From the IMG/VR virus record IMGVR_UViG_3300036985_001339, positions 1,181 through 65,180 of that record: a stretch of DNA of 64,000 nt; one strand, 5' to 3'. The notes under the pieces were generated by a model. That model worked only from the letters and a program-made list of their open reading frames with translations, had not been told where the DNA came from and ran no database searches. Of this stretch, positions 56,158 to 64,000 are shown piece by piece (the first letter of the stretch is position 1; each line of letters opens with the position of its first letter). The DNA is from a virus. Lineage: Duplodnaviria; Caudoviricetes. The position numbers and the translations under genes are program-made.

Positions 56158-57330
56158 TTAAATGTTAATTTTCTTTGTTGTTTGTATTCTTAATTTAGAA
56201 GAATCAACACCACTTATTGCTTTAACTCTTAAACCATTAATAAATACTTCTCCAGATGTTTGTCTTGGAACATTAGTACTTGGGTTTTTAGAACTAGCAA
56301 TAACTCCTTTAATAGCATCAGCTTTTCCTTGTTCGTAAAAGTGTTCTGCGATTTTATCTGAGTTCATTGCGGTATATAAAGCTTTATGATAACCTTTCGT
56401 GTCAGTAATATTTCCTTCTTTATCTAGGAACCTCCCAAGAAAATTACTAATGTCTGATTGTTTCTCTGCGACTTGACTTTGATTTTGAATTCCATACCTG
56501 AATCTTTTTTCTCCTACGTTATATTCAAAACCTTTGAAATCGTTATTGAAAAGATTAGTGGTATCAGTTTTAAACCTATCATGTCTTGATTGAGCTTTAT
56601 TTTGATCTTCCTTATATCGGTTAAAAAAGTCAGACGCTTCTTTTTGTTCTTGAGTTATACCCGGTCTCAACTTGATCTCGTCGTAATACTTACTCTTTAC
56701 TGAATCCAAATGCGTTCTAGCTTTTGCAACTTCTTCTTTAAATGCGAGTTTCTTTTTGCGGATGTCTCGCTCCTCTTCTATATCCTCATCATAAGCAAAG
56801 TTGTCTTCCATTAAAAATTGGATTTCTTCTGCGTCTAAATGAGGTTTTGTTCTTGTGTAATATTCTTTTAATAATGTTTTTTCATCAATACCTGAATAAT
56901 CAGCATTTAATCTAACATAATCTTCCACAGTTCCACCAGTCTCTTCCATGAAAGTAACTAATTTTTCTATGTTTTCAGGTAAAGGTTTACCAGTATTAAC
57001 ATGTTGTTCTACATGTTTTTCAACTTCTAAAGCTTTTACTTCTTCGTTGGTGATTTCTTGAATAGCATTTTCAAAGGACCCTTGGTTTCCTTCGACCACT
57101 CCTTGCAATTCCATTTCGGACTGTTCTGTGCGTAACACGCTTTCATCTGTGCTTTGTTCTTGAACGGCATTTGCTTCTACGTTTTCATTTGGTATTGTTA
57201 CTTTAACAACTTCCGGTTCTACAACTGGTGTAGTGAAATCTACTTTAGTTACCTTTGATTCAGTAACTAGTTTTTTAGGAGTTGTTTTTTTTATCTTAAA
57301 CTCTCCTTCTTGTTTTGTAATCTCTGACAT
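56158..57330 (-). CDS. Scaffolding-like acidic protein
   Basis: Acidic and coiled; between portal and capsid; YEQGKADA. Confidence 0.65.
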   Translation of the reverse strand: MSEITKQEGEFKIKKTTPKKLVTESKVTKVDFTTPVVEPEVVKVTIPNENVEANAVQEQSTDESVLRTEQSEMELQGVVEGNQGSFENAIQEITNEEVKALEVEKHVEQHVNTGKPLPENIEKLVTFMEETGGTVEDYVRLNADYSGIDEKTLLKEYYTRTKPHLDAEEIQFLMEDNFAYDEDIEEERDIRKKKLAFKEEVAKARTHLDSVKSKYYDEIKLRPGITQEQKEASDFFNRYKEDQNKAQSRHDRFKTDTTNLFNNDFKGFEYNVGEKRFRYGIQNQSQVAEKQSDISNFLGRFLDKEGNITDTKGYHKALYTAMNSDKIAEHFYEQGKADAIKGVIASSKNPSTNVPRQTSGEVFINGLRVKAISGVDSSKLRIQTTKKINI

Positions 57331-57359
57331 AATATAATATAATTAAATAGTTATTTTTT

Positions 57360-59753
57360 TTAACCTTCAAGTCCCTCTAAACCAGTGAATTGCGCTGATT
57401 CAAAACTCTGTGGAAGTGAACCAGTCTTTCTTTGATTAACAAGTTCTGACTGTTGAGTTGCTTGTATTTTTGTTCTTTCGTCTTTTCTATCTTCTGCAAG
57501 TTGTAGATTTTGACTATCTGTTTGAGACTTAAGTTGAGCAAGTTGCATGTCGTATTGAAACTGAATTGCCATTATCTCTTTCTTAAGTGCCATTTCTGTT
57601 TGTAATCTTTGTATATCAAACTGTGATTTAGCTTGTTCTACGTTTACCGTTTCAGCGGTTAATGCTTGTTGTTTTTGAACTTCAAACATTGCTGCCTTTT
57701 CAGCGGTTTCTTGATTAGCTTGTGCTTGAGCTTGGATGTTTGCCATCTGAGCAGCTTGAGCAGCTTTCATCTTCTTAGTTTTTCTAAACTTAAGTAATTG
57801 ATTAGCTAGTTTCAAGTTTTTAATTTGTCTGATGTCTATAACGTCATCTAGATCAACTCCTCCACTTTGAAGAGCAACTTGTAGATTTTGTTCTAACATT
57901 GCTTTCTCTTCTTCATCAGGTTCTAATTCTAAGTAAATACCAAAATCATGAAGATTTAGATTTTTAATCTCTTTTAAAGTAGATACATTATATGTAGATA
58001 TACTTTCTTCTAAAACTTGAGCAAGTAAAGGGTAATCAAGGCAGTCTGCGATCCTAAGGGATATGTTTTCACATGTTCTAAGGGTCAGAAACATACTTGA
58101 TTGTAATATATGCTTCGTAGCGGTATTTGATGCATTAGCGGCCATTTTTTGTAAACCAACTAAAGTATCTTGTTCTACCATACTTCCGTCTCTAGCTTCG
58201 TTCAAACCAGTGACGTCTCTTATCATTTGTAAGTAATATTGATACGTTTGAATAAGTGAAGCTATTTTTGCCTGACCAGAAGAACTGCTAAGTTCTTGTA
58301 TTGGTACTTTACCAGCATTCATTCCACCTTCTTGAGTTAGTGATCTACCAACTATACTACCTGTTTGAAAGTACATGTTTAATGCTTCTGCAGGGTTATA
58401 GTTAGTTCCGTTACCTAAATCTATTTCAGCCAAACCATCTACGTCTAAGAAAACTCCATCAGGAACTATCTTAGCCATTACTTGTTGTAACTTTAAATGC
58501 GTCAATTGAATCATATCAGCAAATCCAGTTATTTTATTTACAGTAGAATCAATTCTACCTTTATACATTCTAGGAGCAGATATAACATAGTTCATTTCTA
58601 CCTTAGTCATATTAGAAAATGGTCTTGACATGTTCTCAGACAATTTCCACTCTAACATAGTATTAGTACCTAGTATTTTAGCACCGGTATATAATACTTC
58701 TATGGTTCTTGAAACTCTTTCAAAGTTATCGTTTTTAGGAGGATTAAAATCGTCCGTCTTTTCGATTACTTTCTCTAATCCGTTATCTCCGTATTTTATT
58801 TTATATACTTGGTTCATATAAGTTTTATATTCAAAATATAATACTTGAACCGTGTTCTCATCATAATTACCCCAACCAGTTATATATTGTCTATTACCTG
58901 GCATTTGTTGGATCTTATATAGTTCCTCTTCAGTAAGATGAGGAAATTGCATTTTTAATTCTGGAATAGTAACCGCTTTAGCTTCTCCTACATAATATAT
59001 GTCATCAAAGTTTGGGTCTTCAGTATATGAATATACTAAATAAGCTGGATCTACATATTCTGTTTTTATACCTTCACTTACATTAAAACTTGTTTTAACA
59101 CAAGCAATACCAAGCACGGTTAAATCGTAATTTAATCTACGTCTAGTTAAATCCCATTTGTTTGCTGCTAAAACATTATTTATAGCTTCTTCTTCCGCTA
59201 TTTCAACAGATTGTTTATAAGACAACTGCATGTGTAAGTCTAATTCTTCTTTTGTTTCAGGTAGTTCGTCTTTAGGTAGTGGTGAACCAGAAAAATCTTG
59301 ACCAGTTAAACCACTTGCTTTGGCTATTAAATCCTGAGAATACATGTCTCTAAGTATTGCTTGTGCGTAATTAGTTCTAGCTTTTAAAGACTCAGAATCT
59401 TGAGCGTATGCTTTTATATCATAAGTCTTTTGAGACATACCATTTACAACGATGTCAACAAACTTAGATATTACAGGAACTGGTTTCCAATCTAAGTTAA
59501 GATACGAAATATCTCCATTGGTTGCTAATTCATCTTTATACTTTTGTACTGATTGTTCACCTCTAGCGTATAATCTTAATTGGTGAAAGTTATTCCAATT
59601 AGATACATATCTATTTTGGGTAGTTCTACCTTGTTCAAACCATTCTTGTTCTATAGCGCGAGATACTTGTAAACCGTATTCTTCAGAAGCTTTAACCGAA
59701 TCAGGTACCACCTGACTAGGAAACGCACTATTTGTATTTGTGTATATGTTCAT
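57360..59753 (-). CDS. Portal protein
   Basis: 797 aa after TerL; IRDVTGLNEARDG and Gln-rich barrel. Confidence 0.85.
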   Translation of the reverse strand: MNIYTNTNSAFPSQVVPDSVKASEEYGLQVSRAIEQEWFEQGRTTQNRYVSNWNNFHQLRLYARGEQSVQKYKDELATNGDISYLNLDWKPVPVISKFVDIVVNGMSQKTYDIKAYAQDSESLKARTNYAQAILRDMYSQDLIAKASGLTGQDFSGSPLPKDELPETKEELDLHMQLSYKQSVEIAEEEAINNVLAANKWDLTRRRLNYDLTVLGIACVKTSFNVSEGIKTEYVDPAYLVYSYTEDPNFDDIYYVGEAKAVTIPELKMQFPHLTEEELYKIQQMPGNRQYITGWGNYDENTVQVLYFEYKTYMNQVYKIKYGDNGLEKVIEKTDDFNPPKNDNFERVSRTIEVLYTGAKILGTNTMLEWKLSENMSRPFSNMTKVEMNYVISAPRMYKGRIDSTVNKITGFADMIQLTHLKLQQVMAKIVPDGVFLDVDGLAEIDLGNGTNYNPAEALNMYFQTGSIVGRSLTQEGGMNAGKVPIQELSSSSGQAKIASLIQTYQYYLQMIRDVTGLNEARDGSMVEQDTLVGLQKMAANASNTATKHILQSSMFLTLRTCENISLRIADCLDYPLLAQVLEESISTYNVSTLKEIKNLNLHDFGIYLELEPDEEEKAMLEQNLQVALQSGGVDLDDVIDIRQIKNLKLANQLLKFRKTKKMKAAQAAQMANIQAQAQANQETAEKAAMFEVQKQQALTAETVNVEQAKSQFDIQRLQTEMALKKEIMAIQFQYDMQLAQLKSQTDSQNLQLAEDRKDERTKIQATQQSELVNQRKTGSLPQSFESAQFTGLEGLEG

Positions 59754-61975
59754 TAATTATATATTTTTGATGAAGAACCCGTATTATCGTATTTTCTAAT
59801 TCCTAAATCATAAACTTGTCTAAAGATAACAGCAGATGGAGTATAACGATTTTTATTGCAAGCCATAATGGCTAAACCAGAACTAATAGAAGCATCATGC
59901 TTTGTTCTATCGTTTATATTAAATCTTGCCCAGTCATTCAACGTTTTGTTGAAGTACATATCTCCATACCCTTGATCTGTAATTCCTATGTATGATTCTA
60001 TATAAGATTCTATTGCTGCGGCGTGTGCTTGTTTTATATCTTCACTAGAGTTTGGTATTCCACCTATTTCTTTTTCAGTTATAGACAACTTATTCCAAAC
60101 CTTATCAGGTCTGTTCATAGAGTAACCTCTATAACCTCTTTTCTTAAAGTGAAACAATAACCTAGGTTTGTTATTCTCTGCTAGTATTGGCATTCCGTAA
60201 AATACACATGCCATTAGAACTTCTTCAAAGAAAATCTCTGCAGTTTGTGGTCTTGCAATATATTCTAAAAAGAAACTATTTGGTGGTGCATCTTCCATAG
60301 AGAATTTAGTTAAACCACTTAAAGCTCCGTTAGATCCTTTGCCATCAACTGTTCCTGATATATCGTAAGGGTCACATCCAAATGCGCCAATATGTTCATT
60401 ACCCGGATGCCTAACACCATTCTTTATTAATATACTATTCTGAAGGTGTATCGGTGGAATCCATGAAATAAGGAATCTACCACTTTTATTTGGAACAAAT
60501 ATAACTCTAGTATCTTGAATTCCGTTTTCCCATTGAAAACTTCCTTGTGTTAGATTACTAGTGTGTCTTAGATCTTCATTATAATCTATCTGTTCGTATA
60601 TCTTAGTAAGATTAAATAAAGATTGTTTTGATTCATCTCTGAAAGCATGTTGTTCTGTTCTTGGAAATTGTCTGTAGTATTCGTTTAAACTGTCTTGATC
60701 AGACTTTAAACCATCTACTTCATTTTGCCAATGTTCTATAACACCACAATCTATTTCGTTTCCGTCGACTCCTTTAACGGGGGTTTCTGGAGTGTCGAAT
60801 ACAGGTATTCCATAAGTATCAATGAATCCCTCGAACGACCATTCCATAGGTATGAACAAACTATATAATCCTGAACTAGTCTGTCCGTTGCGGTTTCTTT
60901 TCGTAACATCTGAATTTTCATAAAGTTTTTTAAAGTTTTCTCCTCCTTTGTCTAAAGCGTTAGAAGTTGAACCCATCATACACTTACCAATAACTCTACT
61001 TCCCAACCTAAGAGTAGTTTTAGTTACCCTCCAGTTGTTTAAGATATTGTCCGGTCTTTCCCATTTTCCACTTTCATCGTGTACTAATATTTTTAACTTT
61101 TCACCATCATAGGAGTTATCTCCAGTATTTTTCCAGTCGATCGTAGTATCTAAGCCTTCAAGTTCCTCTAATTTCTCATTAGAATCTAACTTTCGTCTTG
61201 TTAGTTTCGATGCTGGAATCCTATATGCTAATTCTGTTTTAGGTCTATCCATACCATCTTGGATAGGTTTGAAAAAGAAAGGATAATTTATAGATATTGG
61301 TACTACCTTGTCAGTAAACATTTTCTTTGCATCCGCTCCAGATTTTGATAGTATACCAAATCTAGAATCACTTGACATTGTAGCAATGTTAACTATTTCA
61401 GCAGAAGACATAAAAGAAAATCCAGAACGTCTATTTTTTAAATAACACATTCCATAACTTCTAGAATCCGCTTTACATGCTTCCCAAAATATAAAGAACA
61501 ATCTATTTGATTCTCTAAAATCAGGTGCGCCAACGTCAATCTTGCTCCACTGTAGATACATGTAATGTGTACCTGTTATATATGTAGGTTTACCATCGTT
61601 GTAAAAGAATAAACCTTCATCTCTATATTTAAACTCGTTGTCTATGTAATCATACCATCTTTCTTTAAAAGCGTCAGGATGTTTATTCCAGTCAAACGTA
61701 TTCTTTATTCTACTTATTTCTTTGGGATATTCCATTTGCTCCCAATACTGTTCTGATTTCTCTTTTGATCTTGAATAAGGATTCTCTACTAGTGGTAAAG
61801 CTATTTTTAGATTTTGGATTTCAATGATCTCGCCAATCTTTCCACTCTTACTAATAACAACCACATCATGGTCTTTATTATATCCATATTTCCATTTATT
61901 AAGACGATTGTTTTGTTTTACAACACTAGACTTTATATAGTCAGGTAGTATCTTATATAGTGTTTGTTCGTACAT
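59753..61975 (-). CDS. terL: Terminase large subunit
   Basis: KNRRSGFS Walker A, VHDESGKW Walker B, GCDPYD nuclease and KHDASIS. Confidence 0.9.
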   Translation of the reverse strand: MYEQTLYKILPDYIKSSVVKQNNRLNKWKYGYNKDHDVVVISKSGKIGEIIEIQNLKIALPLVENPYSRSKEKSEQYWEQMEYPKEISRIKNTFDWNKHPDAFKERWYDYIDNEFKYRDEGLFFYNDGKPTYITGTHYMYLQWSKIDVGAPDFRESNRLFFIFWEACKADSRSYGMCYLKNRRSGFSFMSSAEIVNIATMSSDSRFGILSKSGADAKKMFTDKVVPISINYPFFFKPIQDGMDRPKTELAYRIPASKLTRRKLDSNEKLEELEGLDTTIDWKNTGDNSYDGEKLKILVHDESGKWERPDNILNNWRVTKTTLRLGSRVIGKCMMGSTSNALDKGGENFKKLYENSDVTKRNRNGQTSSGLYSLFIPMEWSFEGFIDTYGIPVFDTPETPVKGVDGNEIDCGVIEHWQNEVDGLKSDQDSLNEYYRQFPRTEQHAFRDESKQSLFNLTKIYEQIDYNEDLRHTSNLTQGSFQWENGIQDTRVIFVPNKSGRFLISWIPPIHLQNSILIKNGVRHPGNEHIGAFGCDPYDISGTVDGKGSNGALSGLTKFSMEDAPPNSFFLEYIARPQTAEIFFEEVLMACVFYGMPILAENNKPRLLFHFKKRGYRGYSMNRPDKVWNKLSITEKEIGGIPNSSEDIKQAHAAAIESYIESYIGITDQGYGDMYFNKTLNDWARFNINDRTKHDASISSGLAIMACNKNRYTPSAVIFRQVYDLGIRKYDNTGSSSKIYN

Positions 61976-62247
61976 TACTTAGATCTCCCTTCTGCAAAAC
62001 CCTTAAATGGTTTAACCGTCGTTTCTTTATCACCTTCTTCTAACATCTTTTCTTCTTCTTCTATTCTACTTAGAATTTCAAAAGCATCGAAGATTGCTAG
62101 TTTTTTTGTAGCAGCGGCTTGCTTAAGTTTTTCTGGTTCAGGATCTTCTAAACCTCCTGATAATATAGGTTCTGCCCCTATTTTTATTAATTCATCAATA
62201 GCTTTTTTACCAGCCTCAATTATTCTTAACTTTGTTTCTTTATTCAT
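61975..62247 (-). CDS. Probable terminase small subunit
   Basis: Small helical ORF coupled to terL. Confidence 0.55.
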   Translation of the reverse strand: MNKETKLRIIEAGKKAIDELIKIGAEPILSGGLEDPEPEKLKQAAATKKLAIFDAFEILSRIEEEEKMLEEGDKETTVKPFKGFAEGRSK

Positions 62248-62251
62248 AAGA

Positions 62252-62854
62252 TTAGATATAATAACGCTTCAATTTGTATATGGTTAGCCCAGTATCTATT
62301 GATGCTTGATTCAGTGATGGATAACTTATACCCTCCAATGTTATAGGCGTTTGATGGGGTCTATGAGCGCTGCCTACTATATATCTACGTTTAATAGTTT
62401 TAGACGAATAGCCTAAAGCTCTCCCGGCTGCTTTTAGTGATGGGTACTGGATCCCATTAATAAATATAGGTATTCTATTTTCTTTAGACAAGCAATTAGC
62501 TAGCCGCTGTTCGGCTGTCGGCACTGTGCCAATCCCCCCTTGGCCTCCTGATGTTATATTACACAAAAACCCTCCTTTATAAGATTTTCTTCCGTACAGT
62601 TTTATAAATTCTTTTTCTTTAGCAGCCGCTTCCTCTTGTGACAATCCTTCAAACAAAATATCCGCATACCATTCTGTTTTTGCTGTTATCCTATACCATT
62701 CTTTATTTCTGCTGTGAGTTGATGTATGTCTTGTTTTACATTTTCCAATTCCAATATAAAATGGAATATCTTTATCTAATCGTATATGTCTATAAACAAT
62801 CCAGTTATTTTGCCCATGCAGGTTGATATTCTGCTTCGTCTCCTTTATATTCAT
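62252..62854 (-). mobile_element. Free-standing GIY-YIG-like homing endonuclease with NUMOD-type repeats
   Basis: VYRH......PFYIGIG, E..FI..YG, N.T.GG.G and two I.I.GI.YPSL..A repeats; GC-richer DNA. Confidence 0.75.
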
Positions 62855-63404
62855 ATTTAATTACAATATCATTAGATTTCATACAATATAGTCTTTGTCC
62901 TTCGACAACAAACTCAAATTCCCCAAAAGGGGTATAACCCACAAGGTCTCCCTCGTTTATTTTAAGCGCTTCTAACGAACTATTTCCGTATTTTAATATA
63001 CCAATAAGTGTTTGTTCCTTATCTAACTTTAAATGGTCAATATTCTTCAATGGTTTTATAAAACATCTATCACCGAAGGATTTCCATTTCTTATCGTTTT
63101 TATATAAATAGATTTGATCTAAATCACAAAAGTATAAATCTTCCATAAAGAAAGATCTACTGTCCTTTTGTTTACCTTTCATGTCGTAGAATCTTCTAAA
63201 AACATTATGGTGAATTATTACTAAATCACCAACTTGTATATCAGTTGAATAAGCTAGCGGGATTGCAACAACCTCCGCTAAGTTATTCACAGACTTAAAA
63301 CTATCAATCTTTGTATTTAGTATAAGTTCTTTTCCTTCTACTTTAACTTTGTTATCGTATCTATCACCTACTGGTTTTACGATAAAGTTAAATACACTTC
63401 TCAT
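62805..63404 (-). CDS. Tandem GroES-like protein
   Basis: Two GroES-like halves (IQVGDLVII; INEGDLVGY...EGQRLYCMKSNDI). Confidence 0.6.
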   Translation of the reverse strand: MRSVFNFIVKPVGDRYDNKVKVEGKELILNTKIDSFKSVNNLAEVVAIPLAYSTDIQVGDLVIIHHNVFRRFYDMKGKQKDSRSFFMEDLYFCDLDQIYLYKNDKKWKSFGDRCFIKPLKNIDHLKLDKEQTLIGILKYGNSSLEALKINEGDLVGYTPFGEFEFVVEGQRLYCMKSNDIVIKYEYKGDEAEYQPAWAK

Positions 63405-63631
63405 TAATATTCTAAATCATATTCTACAGATATAGCCATGTTTGAATTAAACTTCTTCCAGGGCATAACCTCGTTACCTTTTTTTATATATATGTTATAC
63501 GAAGAATCTTTTTCATCTAACTTTATGTAAGTTATTTCATGACCTCCATAAACAGACTGTCCAATAGAATAATGCATTGCTTCGTTTTTATAGTCAGCAC
63601 CTATGCTTATCTTTCTAATTAAAGAGTCCAC
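63404..63631 (-). CDS. Hypothetical protein
   Basis: Operon packing. Confidence 0.7.
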   Translation of the reverse strand: MDSLIRKISIGADYKNEAMHYSIGQSVYGGHEITYIKLDEKDSSYNIYIKKGNEVMPWKKFNSNMAISVEYDLEY

Positions 63632-63876
63632 TACTCAGTTGGTTCTTCAACATCAGTATATGATCCGTCTGATAAATTAATATTAATTGCACCATACTCT
63701 TCCTGTAATTTACTTTTGAAATCTTCAACACTTTTGTTAACTTCAGCAATCTGATGTAATAATCCGTGTTTTTGAGATTCTAACATTCCGATGTTAGTCA
63801 ATAGAGTATTTAATTCTTTTTGTTGACTTACAACTTTTTCTAATTGTTCTTGCGTAATTTGTTTTACTGTTTTCAT
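63631..63876 (-). CDS. Coiled-coil protein
   Basis: L.EEYG.ININL.DG. Confidence 0.7.
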   Translation of the reverse strand: MKTVKQITQEQLEKVVSQQKELNTLLTNIGMLESQKHGLLHQIAEVNKSVEDFKSKLQEEYGAININLSDGSYTDVEEPTE

Positions 63877-63903
63877 GTTTATTTAATTTAATTGATTATT
63901 TAT

Positions 63904-64000
63904 TTATTCTGTTATAATATTTTCTGGTATATATCCATCCGCGTTTTGAGCATACCCCGCAAATGAATGAACACAATCAATAGGGAATACTTCATTAGTT
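63904..64000 (-). CDS. Partial ORF at the window edge
   Basis: Open frame ending ...HSFAGYAQNADGYIPENIITE*. Confidence 0.45.
   Translation of the reverse strand, partial: TNEVFPIDCVHSFAGYAQNADGYIPENIITE

Noticed and set aside
35188-64000. Stop-codon reassignment as in some crAss-like phages
   Set aside because: Long genes are intact in the standard code and coding density is high

Overview
This AT-rich window is most or nearly all of a lytic podovirus-like phage genome, probably infecting Bacteroidota (Flavobacteriia), with a crAss-like/Cellulophaga-phage-like gene set. The minus strand (1-13.1 kb and 35.2-64 kb) carries the late genes: terminase, portal, scaffold, capsid, tail and ejection proteins, fibres, lysis genes, GroEL/GroES and small basic proteins. 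The plus strand (13.5-35.1 kb) carries the early and replication genes: MoxR ATPase plus vWA, sigma factor, ERF plus exonuclease, SSB, primase-helicase, a thymidylate-synthase homologue with the dCMP-type Asp, MazG-like enzymes, endonuclease I and a class II RNR. The most unusual part is the early region at 13.5-18.5 kb. It holds three copies of an unknown 72-aa protein core that are 86-89% identical as protein but heavily recoded as DNA, and each copy avoids different short motifs. Each copy sits behind a CACGGACTT-N15-AGATAATAT promoter (8 copies in total) next to a 10-bp TGCTATACAY site, which I found 12 times, all between 13.5 and 37.1 kb. Other non-coding structure includes a covarying pseudoknot, two non-canonical tRNA-like RNAs, a second promoter class (GTAAA-N15-GTRAT), a shared split inverted repeat and a structured RNA before the primase. 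All calls come from reading the sequence by eye; no database searches were run.
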